From: Chthoniobacteraceae bacterium
Lineage (GTDB): Bacteria; Verrucomicrobiota; Verrucomicrobiia; Chthoniobacterales; Chthoniobacteraceae
Reading direction: 5' to 3'
Assembly (NCBI GenBank): GCA_031409655.1
Contig: JANNXQ010000265.1
Location: 1 to 37,299, forward strand
DNA: 37,299 bases
The notes beneath the pieces are model-generated. The model searched no databases, had not been told where the DNA came from, and worked only from the letters and a program-made list of their open reading frames with translations. The translations under genes and the position numbers were made by a program. Below, piece by piece: positions 8,208 to 22,605 of the stretch; position 1 is the stretch's first letter; each line of letters starts with the position of its first letter.

Positions 8208-9533
8208 ATGAAAACATCCACACGCATCCAGACCCTGTCCGCAGTCTCCCTGCTGGCCTTCCTCGGCGCCACTGCCAGCGCCATCATCCTGCCACCGACG
8301 GAAGACACCTCCAGCACCAGCACCTTTGCCGGCCGCCCGCCCGTCCTCACCAAGACCGCTGTCACCTCGACCAACGGCGCGGCCACCACCCTGCCGGTCT
8401 CGAGGACCCGCACCGCGTTTATTCAGTTCAACGCCGGCAGCCTGAGCACCGTCGCCCTGCCCGCCGGCAGCATCACGCCGGCTTCCGTCGCCAAGGCGCG
8501 ACTCACCGTCTTCCTCCCGACTGTCACCAAAGCTGGCGCGCTGAGTCTGCACGTTGTCACCAACGACTGGAGCGAGACCTTCACGGAACGTTCGAGGGTC
8601 CAGCCTACGGTCGCAGCTCCCTTCGCGACGATTCCCGTCGGACAAGTGATCAAGAAGCAGTTTGTGATCGTGGACGTGACCACTCAGGTGCGGGCCTGGC
8701 TGACGACGCCAGCCACCGATTTTGGCATTGCCGTCGCCAGTCCTGACGGGATCGCCGTGGTGGCCCTCGGTTCGAAAGAAGGCCCCGCCTCCGGTCCGGC
8801 AGCCACCCTCGAGATCGACATCGCGGGCGGCAGTTTTGCCGCGCCCGTCTCCGGCACCTCCGCCTCCTTCACCGGCACGGTGGCGGCAAACAATTTCGTG
8901 GGATCGGGAGCAGGCTTGACCATTCTTAGTGCGCCGAATCTTGCCGGCGCGCTCCCCGCGATCAGCGGCGCCGCCCTGACCGGCCTCAATGGCGCGAGCA
9001 TTGCCACGGGCACCGTGCCGGACGCTCGGCTTTCCTCGAATGTCCTGCTCCTCAACACCGCAGCGGGCAATGTCCGACTGCTGGGCACGCTCCGTCAGGG
9101 TTCCGAAACCGGAACGACCGAGGGGCTGACCGGATCGATCACCAGCGGTGTTTTGACCCGCCGCATCGTGAGCACGAGCAACACCGCGGGCCGAGTCGTG
9201 GCGCGGACCAATCGCTGCACGCTTGAACGCGACGGCACCGACGGCGGATTCGTGGTCAATTTTCCAGCGGGGGTTGCCAGCTCCATTAGCGTGTCGGCGA
9301 TGGGTTTTGATAGCACGGGAGCCGTCGTGAACTCTTACTTCTCTAACGGAAACCTCTCCGCTGCGACCTCGATCCCTGTTTTCACCAACGCACAGGACGT
9401 TGTCTTCTTTCGTTGCCAGTTCGGCGACACCCTGGCTCAAGACGATCACCTGACCGAGGTGACCTTCAGCAGAACGAAAAATGGGGGACCGGATCGTTGG
9501 GCTGGCTTTGTGACCACGACATTTAACCAGTAG
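8208..9533 (+). CDS. Secreted surface protein: DNRLRE-like N-terminal domain, fibre-like linker, conserved C-terminal domain (paralog A)
   Basis: Signal peptide; EDT..., [36 protein letters not shown]; ends WAGFVTTTFNQ. Start ATG 8208. Confidence 0.75.
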   Translation: MKTSTRIQTLSAVSLLAFLGATASAIILPPTEDTSSTSTFAGRPPVLTKTAVTSTNGAATTLPVSRTRTAFIQFNAGSLSTVALPAGSITPASVAKARLTVFLPTVTKAGALSLHVVTNDWSETFTERSRVQPTVAAPFATIPVGQVIKKQFVIVDVTTQVRAWLTTPATDFGIAVASPDGIAVVALGSKEGPASGPAATLEIDIAGGSFAAPVSGTSASFTGTVAANNFVGSGAGLTILSAPNLAGALPAISGAALTGLNGASIATGTVPDARLSSNVLLLNTAAGNVRLLGTLRQGSETGTTEGLTGSITSGVLTRRIVSTSNTAGRVVARTNRCTLERDGTDGGFVVNFPAGVASSISVSAMGFDSTGAVVNSYFSNGNLSAATSIPVFTNAQDVVFFRCQFGDTLAQDDHLTEVTFSRTKNGGPDRWAGFVTTTFNQ

Positions 9534-9591
9534 TCGCAAAGGCCATGCGCGTCCCCGATCCCGGGGTCTAGCGCGTCAAAAAAGTGCTCCG

Positions 9592-9630
9592 AAGCGCTCC
9601 GTCTGCAACCGCAGGCGGAGCGCTTTTTTT
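9592..9630 (+). terminator. Rho-independent terminator
   Basis: AAGCGCTCCGTCTGC-AACC-GCAGGCGGAGCGC stem followed by T7. Confidence 0.85.
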
Positions 9631-9836
9631 GGTTGTCTGCCTTGCACCCATCTCCACAAAGCACCTTCCATCCTCTCAAGCCCGCGCAGCATCGGCGAGC
9701 ACCCTCCAGAAGAGGATATTGGCTCGACACTCCGCCGCGTTTTCGCGATTGAACCAACGAACCGAAGCGCACCAAGCGGAAATCCCCAATAAACCGCTTC
9801 GGTCCTGATTCCCACAAACACCGCAAATCATCTGTT

Positions 9837-11195
9837 ATGAAATCGAACTTAGTCCTCCATCACACCATCGCCGCTCTCGCCGCCCTGACTCTCCTGGATT
9901 CCGCCCGTGCCGTGACCCTGCCAGCGGTTGAAGATACGACTTCCGCGGCGAGTCGTGGCAGCCAGGTCATCACCAAGACGGCAAATGGCGCCACGACGCT
10001 CGCCGTGAATGGAAGCATTACCGCAACTAAGAAGGCCTTCATCTTCTTTAATCTTGCTGATATCCCCGCTGGGACGGCCCCCGCGAACGTGGTCAGCGCG
10101 CGCCTGCGTGTTTATGTCTCCAAAGCGACCACGGCGGGCAATCTCGCCATCCACAAAGTGACAGGCCAATGGGACGAAGCCTCTCTGTTAGCGTCGCAGC
10201 CGGAACCCACGTTCGCTCTTACCGCGAGCAGCACGATCTTCTCTCCGCTCGTCGCGAGCAAACGGATCGTGAGCGCGGACGTAACAAATTTGGTGAAAGA
10301 CTGGCTCACTCCCGGAACGGTCAATGAAGGTCTGGTCATCGTCGGTGCCGGCACGACCAACGTCCTCCTCGGTGCGAAAGAAGGCCCGGGGACGGGATAC
10401 CCAGCCGAGCTCGACATTGAGATCGCCGGAGTCGGCGCGACCGGCCCACAAGGAGTTGCTGGCCCGACTGGTGCCGGGGGTGCCGTCGGTCCAGAGGGTC
10501 CGCAAGGTCCAGTCGGCCCCGCTGGCATTCAAGGTTCACCCGGAGGTGCTGGTCCCCAAGGTTCCGTCGGACCGGCAGGACCTGCAGGTCCAGTCGGACC
10601 ACAAGGCCCCGCAGCAACACTGACTGGAGACGGCGCCCTATTGACCAATCTCAATGCCAGCGCCGTCGCCACGGGCACCGTTCCTGACGCCCGGCTCTCA
10701 CCCAATGTTCTCCTCCTCAATGCAGCATCCAGCACCGTCGCTGGAAACGTGCGTCTGCTGGGCACTCTGCGGCAGGGGTCGGAGACCGGGACATCGGAGC
10801 CAGCGGGCAAGAGTGTGATCACCCGCCACATCGTGTCCACCAATTCAAGTATCGGGCAAATTGTTGCGCGCACCAGCCGAGCCATCCTCGGACGTAACGG
10901 CAGCAACGATGGATTCGTCATCACCTACCCAGACCATCTATCCGCATTGAACATCTCCGCGATCGGCATCGACAGCGCTGGTGATCCGGTGAACTTTCGC
11001 TTCTCCAGCCCTGACATGTCGGGATTTGGACAACAGACAATCAGTGTCTACGCCACCGGAAGCGACGTCGCTCATTTCCGCTGCCAATTCGGCGATAGCC
11101 TCAACCTTGTCGAAGACTTTACGGAAGTAAGCCTGAGCAGAAACGACGATGGAGTTACCTGGACTGGTTTTGTGACGTCCACTTTTAACCAATAA
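9837..11195 (+). CDS. Secreted surface protein with DNRLRE-like domain and collagen-like (GXY)20 segment (paralog B)
   Basis: Same N- and C-terminal domains as 8208-9533 ([35 protein letters not shown]), plus 20 GXY triplets at 10434-10613. Confidence 0.8.
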   Translation: MKSNLVLHHTIAALAALTLLDSARAVTLPAVEDTTSAASRGSQVITKTANGATTLAVNGSITATKKAFIFFNLADIPAGTAPANVVSARLRVYVSKATTAGNLAIHKVTGQWDEASLLASQPEPTFALTASSTIFSPLVASKRIVSADVTNLVKDWLTPGTVNEGLVIVGAGTTNVLLGAKEGPGTGYPAELDIEIAGVGATGPQGVAGPTGAGGAVGPEGPQGPVGPAGIQGSPGGAGPQGSVGPAGPAGPVGPQGPAATLTGDGALLTNLNASAVATGTVPDARLSPNVLLLNAASSTVAGNVRLLGTLRQGSETGTSEPAGKSVITRHIVSTNSSIGQIVARTSRAILGRNGSNDGFVITYPDHLSALNISAIGIDSAGDPVNFRFSSPDMSGFGQQTISVYATGSDVAHFRCQFGDSLNLVEDFTEVSLSRNDDGVTWTGFVTSTFNQ

Positions 11196-11281
11196 GGTTT
11201 CGCAAAAAAAGAGATGCAGGGGCACTGCTGGCAGAACCTCGGTATTTAGCCGCTGACCGCGAGTCTCTTACTCCGTCCTTA

Positions 11282-11445
11282 ACAGCCTGTTGAAAAACCT
11301 CTGGGGCCTCGGTGGATGGCGTCGCTCCGCGCGGCATGACTCGCTTCGCGCGCAGCGCCACTCTGAAAGATGGGCCTGCGGCCAGAGTTTGGCATGGCGC
11401 GCGGAGCGACACCATCCACCGAGGATGCGTTTTCCAACAGGCTGC
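11282..11445. mobile_element. MITE/REP-like non-autonomous element with nested inverted repeats
   Basis: Outer IR CAGCCTGTTGAAAAAC (11283-11298) / GTTTTCCAACAGGCTG (11429-11444), 15/16 match. Inner 32-bp IR 11307-11338 / 11393-11424, 30/32 match. TA on both flanks. Confidence 0.7.
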
Positions 11446-11477
11446 TAAAGTTCCGGTCTCCGAAGACCTTTATACGG

Positions 11478-13034
11478 TCAAGGCATCAAGGACCACGCCT
11501 TGAGTTTGTCCTTCATCCGCAGCACGACCTTTCCGTCGGCGATGCAGGGTGAGGGCACCCATTGAGCACGGACGGTCGCCTTACCGAGTTCGATGCGTTC
11601 GGTTGGGGTTGCCTTGATCGCGAGCAGGGAGTTGCCGTTATTGGCCATCACGAAGATCTTGCCGTCCACGATCGTCGGCGAGGCAATGGTGGATTGGGCG
11701 GGCGCTTGCCAGCGGGTGGCACCAGTCGTGAGGTCGAAGCAATAGTGGACATTATCTTCCATGTGATAGACATGGCCTTCGTAGATGATGGGGCTCGCCT
11801 GGGTGCGCAGTCCATCGATGGGGAAGTTCCAGAGTTTTGTCGCGCCATCGGCGGCAAGGCGGTAGGCGACCACGCCCAAGGTGCCGGCGCGGGCTTGCAT
11901 CGCGAGGACGTCGCCAGAGATGGCGGGGGTCGAGTCGCCCCCACCTGGCGCACTCCAGACGACGGAGCCATTCTTAAGGTCGAGCGCCTGGAGCTCGGTC
12001 CGTCCATTGCAGAGCACAAAGCTCTTCCACACCACCGGCGACGAGTTACTCCCCCCAGCCTTCGGATCCTGCCAGAGCGCTTTCCCCGTAGCTGCGTCGA
12101 AGGCGTGCAGCCCATCCGCGTTCACGATGACGACGCCGTCGGCCACCATTGGTGAACTTCCCACTCCGCGCTTTCCTTTTCCGAGGGGCGCTTCCCAGAG
12201 GATTTTTCCCGAAGTGCCATCCACACACCACACCCGCGTGCTCGCCACGGCATACACTTTGCCCCCAGCGACACACACCGTGGATGATGCCCCCCGCCCG
12301 ACTGGCGCACCGGGAGCTTTCGTGATCCAGAGAGTCTTTCCACTCGCGAGATCGAGACAGACGACGGCGTCGTCGGCCACTCGCTGGGTTGGCGGCACCG
12401 CCGCAATGATCTGCTGCTTGACGCCGTCGCTCCACCCTTGCGCGTCCAGCCACTGCTTCATCTCGCCTTCATTGGCAAAGACGTGGCTGGCGTGCTTGTC
12501 CAGCGTTTCGAGCGCTTCGAGCGGCATAGCCAGCGCACCTTGCTTAAACCGCTTTCCCACAAACCCCGAATAGAGCTGCTTTTGTTTCTTATCGAGATGC
12601 TTCGCGATCCATTCCTCGGTGAACTCTTCGAGCTTCTTACCACGGAGGGTTGGCGTGATGGAAAGGCGCGTCGCTTCCACCTCGGCCACAAGTTCCTTGC
12701 CGAGACCACCAGTCGATTGATGACCGATTTGCCGTACGACGAGGTCATCGATCTGCCGCGTCTCAGAGGGCACATCCCGGTGCCAAACGATCCCGAGATA
12801 CACTTTGCCTCCCGCAACTACCGGGCTTCCAAGGCCACCCTCGTCGTTGGCTGGGATGGCTTCGCTTTCCCAGAGTTCCTTCAAGCCGGAATCCGGGATC
12901 GCCTCGATCAACTTCGGGGAGTCAGTGGCGATTCCGTTGCGCTGCGGACCGCGCCACTGGGGCCAATCAGACGCACCGGCGACGATCGCGGAGAGGTTTG
13001 TGACAACGACGAGGGAGGCGAGGTGACGCAGCAT
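11478..13034 (-). CDS. PQQ-binding-like beta-propeller protein (BamB-like family)
   Basis: Signal peptide, then DWPQWRGPQRNG; repeated SSP.V..G.V and (C/A)(L/F)D..(S/T)GK.LW blades. Start ATG 13034. Confidence 0.88.
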   Translation of the reverse strand: MLRHLASLVVVTNLSAIVAGASDWPQWRGPQRNGIATDSPKLIEAIPDSGLKELWESEAIPANDEGGLGSPVVAGGKVYLGIVWHRDVPSETRQIDDLVVRQIGHQSTGGLGKELVAEVEATRLSITPTLRGKKLEEFTEEWIAKHLDKKQKQLYSGFVGKRFKQGALAMPLEALETLDKHASHVFANEGEMKQWLDAQGWSDGVKQQIIAAVPPTQRVADDAVVCLDLASGKTLWITKAPGAPVGRGASSTVCVAGGKVYAVASTRVWCVDGTSGKILWEAPLGKGKRGVGSSPMVADGVVIVNADGLHAFDAATGKALWQDPKAGGSNSSPVVWKSFVLCNGRTELQALDLKNGSVVWSAPGGGDSTPAISGDVLAMQARAGTLGVVAYRLAADGATKLWNFPIDGLRTQASPIIYEGHVYHMEDNVHYCFDLTTGATRWQAPAQSTIASPTIVDGKIFVMANNGNSLLAIKATPTERIELGKATVRAQWVPSPCIADGKVVLRMKDKLKAWSLMP

Positions 13035-13114
13035 GGTCCTCCGGAGAACCACGACGGGAAATCGAGCTTAGGAAGGTTCGCTTTGGCGAAGGCATCCGCT
13101 TTCCAGAGGAGCGG

Positions 13115-16100
13115 CTATTCCACGCGCAACCGCAGGAAGCGCTGGAAAGTATCGATCGGCAGAAGGTAGGTGGAGAAGGGCGCTCCTCCCGTGATCCCGA
13201 TCGCCAGCGGGACCCAGGCATTTTCCTCGAGATCGGCCTTGCTGAGAATGCTGTACCGCTTCCCAACGACTGCTTCCCAACGGAGTTGCAGATCGCCATT
13301 AACATCCAGCGCCAGCGCGAAATCGAGGCGCGACGCAGGGTCCGTCGGGACGGTGTCCGCGAGAAACTCCGCAAGGTCGCTGACTCCATCGTGATCGAAA
13401 TCGGCACCCCCAGCGGACGCCGCGGTGTTGCCAAAGTGCGTTACTTCCCACGCATCGCGGATGCCATCGCCGTCGGCATCGACGGCGGGCAGAAGTCGAT
13501 AGGTGGCGCTGACCTGAGAATTCTGCGCAGCGGTGGTGACGTTCGTCGTCGCGGCAAAAGCATTCGCCAGGTGAAGGGTGGCGCCGGTCCAGCGATCGAA
13601 GGTGGAGTCGGTCGGCGGGGGATTTGCGGAGATCTGCACGATGCTTTCCGCGCCATAGGCACCGTCCCCGGTCCCATTTCCGACAGTCAGTAAATACTCG
13701 GCGGGCCCGCGCTTGCCCGACTCTGCGGGACCGAGATCCGTTCCGGCTAACGAAAAAGACGAATTCGTCGTGAGGACGATCATATCCACGACGGCACCAT
13801 CCTCTCGCATCCAGATCGTGAAAGTGCGAACGCCGGGCATGGCGATATTCAATCCAATGGTCGCGGGACTGGTGGTGCGCCATTTCCAGGAGCCCGAGGT
13901 GTTGCCAAGGTTGCTCGCGACGAGGGCTCCGTCGAGGCCGATATTTAAGGAGTCGTCAGTGCCGGGGAGGGTCGGGAGGTGGAGAAAAACGTAGTAAGTG
14001 CCAGTGGTGTGAAAATCGACTTTGAAATCCAGTCGCGGACCATTCCGCTGGGTATCGGTGCCGATGCCCAGATTGGGCAACGCCTGCATCGTGGTACCCG
14101 ATGCGCCGGCGAGGGGCGCACTCTCCTGCCAGGTGATCCCCGCGGCGGTGCCGGTGCCCGCGGCACTCGCGGTGAAATGCTCAGCCTCCATCGTCACCTG
14201 CCCGGCAGATTCGATGAAGGCGCCGACATTCGATCCGTTGCCGACATCGGGTGTCGCCAGGATCGCTGTCCAGTAAGCCTGCATTCCCGGCACAAAGCTC
14301 TCCCGGTCAATCATCCACTCGCGCCAAATGGCAAAGGACTCCGCATACTGATTCCGAAAGGCGAGCAGCGAGCGCATCGCCGTCGCCGCCTTCGGATTGC
14401 TGGCCAACGGCACCGCGGGATCGACAAGCGCGATGGCTTGCGAAGTAAGTCGCCCGTGGAGGCAGGCGACCCGCAGAAAATCGAGTCGGGCGCGCGCGGC
14501 GGTCTCGGATGGCTGCAGCACGGCCCCGGCGCTATCGAGAATCGCGAGCGCGCCATCGAAAGCGTAGTCCGTGTAAGTGTTTCCGTAAGCAGGCACACAA
14601 GTGGACCAGCCGATGATGTCCGTATTGCCGCGATCCGCTTCGTTATAGAGGAAATGCTCCCAGTAAGTGAGGTAGTCGCGCACTTTGCTGGCCGCCGATC
14701 CGAATGCGGAGCAATACTCATCAAGGATCGCATCAATGGAGAGCGACGGATCGGCGATGAGGCGGCAGACCAGATAGTAGTACAACCCGAAGGACGCATA
14801 ACTCCCGCAGGAGCTATCCGAATCGAAACCCTTGATATTGCCTGGAGCGAGCAGCCGTTTGAAATGTTCGCCCAGCCGCCGGGTCGGCCAGCAGGGACCG
14901 GCATGAGCAGACAACATCCAATTTGGCCGCAAATACATGTGCTGACAGCCATGCGCGATCCAGCCCAGCACGTCGGACTCCGTGGCCGCGATGCCATCGA
15001 GCACCATCGCACTCGTGGCCCCGGGCACGTAAGCCAGCGCGACATTGCCAGGCACATTCACCTCGAGCGGCGCGTAGCGATAGACATCGTAGGCATAACC
15101 ATAAACCAAAGTGTTCGGATTGATGACCGCCACCCGATTCGCAATCTCCGAGTAGAAACGGGCGAGCCGATCCGACAAGCGCGCCGCGCTCGAACTGAAG
15201 ACAATCTCGGGAGCCTGCGCCGGCCGATCCCAGGCGAGACAGGAACTGCAAACGCAAAAGCTGCGACTGTCATTCGGGCAGATATTCAGGTTCCCGCCGG
15301 CTCCCGCCGCTACCCAGTCATCGATGCGCTGCTGCCAGACCGCGGGACTGCTATCGTGCAATTTCACGCGATCCGCCGCCGGATGCGGTTGCGTGCGGCC
15401 GGGGAGTAACTCCGCAAAATATTCCGGATGACTCACGCCGTAGAGTGACCACCACTGAGTAAAGGAGTGGCTGAAGGCCGGACTCTTGCGCGTGCCCATC
15501 TGCATGCGCCGGAGCCAGCGGAGTTCTTCATAGGCCAGCTCCTGTTTTCGGGGATCGTTCTCCGGCAGCACGGGAATCCCGAAGCCATAGGTATCGGCAC
15601 CACTCAAGTAAGTGCCGATGCGCGGTGTCCGAAACTTCCGCTGCACCATGGCCGGGCCTTTCGTCAGATTTAGATCAGGAACGGTGACGCTCGTGGACTG
15701 CGGCACGAACGTGCCGGACTCCCCCGGCCAGAGCCAGCGCACCTTGAGGACTTCGCCGAGCAGATGATAGACGCCAAAAAGGGTGCCCGGCTGGCAGTCA
15801 CTCAGATCCCACCAGGCGTCGTCGCCGCCGTCTCGTCCGACGATGAACACATTCGAGCCAACGGTTCGGAGAATGTAATGCTCCAAGGTCAGCCCCGCCG
15901 TGCTGATCCCGGCGGCGCTGCTCGCCGCACTGGGACCGACGTACACAAACCTGGCACCTGGGTAGCCCGCCTCGCCGCCGACAGTGCCGATCGGCAGCGT
16001 CGCGCCCGACATGCGGAGGATGTGCTCCTGCAATTCCTGCGCAGCGAGTTGGATGTAGCCCGGTGCGTTCGGGCGGATCATGATGACCGCTTGGGGCTGC

Positions 16101-16183
16101 CCGTTCTGGACGAGCGGCACCGCGGCTCGGAGCGTGTTCGCCACGCCCAGGATGGCGCAGAGCAGGAGGCGGGAGAGGTTCAT
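13115..16183 (-). CDS. DUF4838-like secreted protein with C-terminal accessory domains (CBM-like, InlB-B-like repeat, DxDxDG motifs)
   Basis: AAQELQEHILRMSGATLP, GTLFGVYHLL...VRWLWPG, HPEYFA, PNDSRSFCVCSSC, YAY..Y..AP; MEAEHF, WMREDG; DADGDGIRDAWE. Start ATG 16183. Confidence 0.75.
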   Translation of the reverse strand: MNLSRLLLCAILGVANTLRAAVPLVQNGQPQAVIMIRPNAPGYIQLAAQELQEHILRMSGATLPIGTVGGEAGYPGARFVYVGPSAASSAAGISTAGLTLEHYILRTVGSNVFIVGRDGGDDAWWDLSDCQPGTLFGVYHLLGEVLKVRWLWPGESGTFVPQSTSVTVPDLNLTKGPAMVQRKFRTPRIGTYLSGADTYGFGIPVLPENDPRKQELAYEELRWLRRMQMGTRKSPAFSHSFTQWWSLYGVSHPEYFAELLPGRTQPHPAADRVKLHDSSPAVWQQRIDDWVAAGAGGNLNICPNDSRSFCVCSSCLAWDRPAQAPEIVFSSSAARLSDRLARFYSEIANRVAVINPNTLVYGYAYDVYRYAPLEVNVPGNVALAYVPGATSAMVLDGIAATESDVLGWIAHGCQHMYLRPNWMLSAHAGPCWPTRRLGEHFKRLLAPGNIKGFDSDSSCGSYASFGLYYYLVCRLIADPSLSIDAILDEYCSAFGSAASKVRDYLTYWEHFLYNEADRGNTDIIGWSTCVPAYGNTYTDYAFDGALAILDSAGAVLQPSETAARARLDFLRVACLHGRLTSQAIALVDPAVPLASNPKAATAMRSLLAFRNQYAESFAIWREWMIDRESFVPGMQAYWTAILATPDVGNGSNVGAFIESAGQVTMEAEHFTASAAGTGTAAGITWQESAPLAGASGTTMQALPNLGIGTDTQRNGPRLDFKVDFHTTGTYYVFLHLPTLPGTDDSLNIGLDGALVASNLGNTSGSWKWRTTSPATIGLNIAMPGVRTFTIWMREDGAVVDMIVLTTNSSFSLAGTDLGPAESGKRGPAEYLLTVGNGTGDGAYGAESIVQISANPPPTDSTFDRWTGATLHLANAFAATTNVTTAAQNSQVSATYRLLPAVDADGDGIRDAWEVTHFGNTAASAGGADFDHDGVSDLAEFLADTVPTDPASRLDFALALDVNGDLQLRWEAVVGKRYSILSKADLEENAWVPLAIGITGGAPFSTYLLPIDTFQRFLRLRVE

Positions 16184-16334
16184 TGGGGAAAGCGCGGGCG
16201 CAACGCCACTCATGGATTACATACGTAATCCTCGCAAGGATTTTTCGTCCTTCCCGTTTTCGAATTGGGCGTGGCAAAGGTCCGATACGATTGATTGTTC
16301 GCGCAGTTCTTTTCGGTATCGTCCTCGCGCACCC

Positions 16335-17297
16335 ATGTCCCGCTACGATACCTATCAGTCCAATGCCGCCGAAGCACCCGTGATGCGGCGTTGGATCATT
16401 CGAGCCCTGCTTTTCTCGATCCTCTTTCACGGCGGCCTTTTCGTTTTCTTCTATTCGAAGGAGCTTGAAAACTTTGGCGTCGCCGAAATGGAGCGCCTGG
16501 CGCCGCCCTTGCGGGTCTTCAAACGGGTGGCCATTCCGACGATCCCTGACGATCCAGCGATGACGCGGCTGAAGCTCCCGGAGAAAACGCCGAACGTGGC
16601 GCGCCTCCAAATGCCCAAGGAGAAGCCCGAGGTCACGGAGGTGCGCGTCGCCCCGCAGAATCCCGAACTCCCGAAAAACCTCATCACGGAAAAACCCACC
16701 GCGAGTATTTCGGACACTCTCGCGAAGGCCGAGGCGGAATCGCGCGGCTCCATGGAAAAGGAACTGAACTCGATCGCGGGTGCGCTCATCAAGGAAGGTC
16801 CGAGTTCGCCCCGGCAACCGGTGATGGTCCTGCCGAATGCGAATAAGAAAGGGCAAGGAGGCGTGGGTGATGGCGAAGGTATTCCGGGGATGCAATCAAT
16901 CGACGAAGCCCTGCAGCGCACCGGTCCCCTGCCCGTTGGCGACAAGATCGGCGTGCCGGGCGGCGCACTTTTTGAACACGACCAGTCCGACCTGCGCCCA
17001 GAGGCGATGGACGAACTCTCCAAGCTCGCTGAACTCGTGCAGCGCAATGCCAAAGCAACTTTCCGCATCGAAGGTCACACCGATGCGACGGGCACGCCGG
17101 AGTATAATTTGCGGCTCAGCGAGCGGCGTGCGGAATCGGTCAAGACCTGGCTGGTGGAGAAATTTTCAATCGCGCCGGAGCGCATCGAGACCGTGGGGAT
17201 GGGCAGCAGTAAGATGATCGTGCCCGCGGAAAAGAGCATCGAGGAGCAGCAGCCAAACCGCCGCGTGGAAATCGTCATCAAGACGAACCGCAAGTAA
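16335..17297 (+). CDS. OmpA/MotB-like peptidoglycan-binding domain protein with N-terminal membrane anchor
   Basis: TM LLFSILFHGGLFVFF; Pro/Lys/Glu-rich linker; LFEHDQSDL, IEGHTDATG, YNLRLSERRAESVK, NRRVEI. Start ATG 16335. Confidence 0.9.
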   Translation: MSRYDTYQSNAAEAPVMRRWIIRALLFSILFHGGLFVFFYSKELENFGVAEMERLAPPLRVFKRVAIPTIPDDPAMTRLKLPEKTPNVARLQMPKEKPEVTEVRVAPQNPELPKNLITEKPTASISDTLAKAEAESRGSMEKELNSIAGALIKEGPSSPRQPVMVLPNANKKGQGGVGDGEGIPGMQSIDEALQRTGPLPVGDKIGVPGGALFEHDQSDLRPEAMDELSKLAELVQRNAKATFRIEGHTDATGTPEYNLRLSERRAESVKTWLVEKFSIAPERIETVGMGSSKMIVPAEKSIEEQQPNRRVEIVIKTNRK

Positions 17298-17311
17298 TCG
17301 CGCAGCGCGCG

Positions 17312-17886
17312 TTACATCGCGCCGATCGAAAGTCCGGTGCGATGCAGCTTGTGCATCTCCTGCTCCAGGCATTCGGGGCAGATCCCGTGACTGAAGTTAG
17401 TCCCCGTGCAGGTGTGAATGTAGGTCTCCACTTGCTGCCAGTAGTCGTGATCGTCACGCACCCGTTTGCAATACATGCAGATGGGCAGGAGTTCCTTCAG
17501 CGCGCGGATCTGGGACGTGAAGTCGAGGATGCGTTCGGCGACGCGCAGGCGCATGATGATGGCCTCGCGATCGAGCGGCTTGGTCAGAAAGTCATCCACG
17601 CCGGCCGCCATCGCCTTTTGCAAGTTCTCCCGTCCGGTATGGATGGCGGTGAGCAGAATGAAGTAAGTGTAATCGGTCTTAGGGCGCTCGCGGACGCGGC
17701 GGCAGAGTTCGATGCCATCGATGTCGGGCATCATCCAATCGCTCACGATCACGCGCACCGGATCGGAGTCAAAGCGCTCCCAGGCTTGGCGGCCATCGCA
17801 GGCAGCGATGACTTCGTGTCCGAAATGTTCCAGCGTGAGTTGCAGGATGCGGCTGGATACGGGCTCGTCTTCGGCGATCAGGATTT

Positions 17887-17890
<4 letters not shown>
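17312..17890 (-). CDS. Response regulator with C-terminal CxxC...CxxC domain
   Basis: MKILIAEDE, DWMMPDIDG, GVDDFLTKP; tail LPICMYCKRVRDD...FSHGICPEC. Confidence 0.92.
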
Positions 17891-22428
<4,538 letters not shown>

Positions 22429-22541
22429 AACTCTGGAAAGACCCTGCCTAGCAGGATACGCGCCCTCACCGAGTGCTCGCCGCGACCGCAGGCCCAGCGA
22501 ACGCAGCCAGGGGAAATCGGCGACCGAGAGCGATGCCCGTT

Positions 22542-22585
22542 AAAATAGAGAAACCCCGTTTTGCCGAAGCGAAACGGGGTCTCTC
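22542..22585 (-). terminator. Rho-independent terminator of the HU gene
   Basis: Minus strand GAGAGACCCCGTTTCGC-TTCG-GCAAAACGGGGTTTCTC-TATTTT, with a C(UUCG)G tetraloop. Confidence 0.8.
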
Positions 22586-22605
22586 GGGGGATCGGGAGGA
22601 AGGAT

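Noticed and set aside
8208..11195. Prophage tail-fibre locus
   Set aside because: Both proteins have Sec signal peptides and no phage structural, integrase or lysis genes are nearby.
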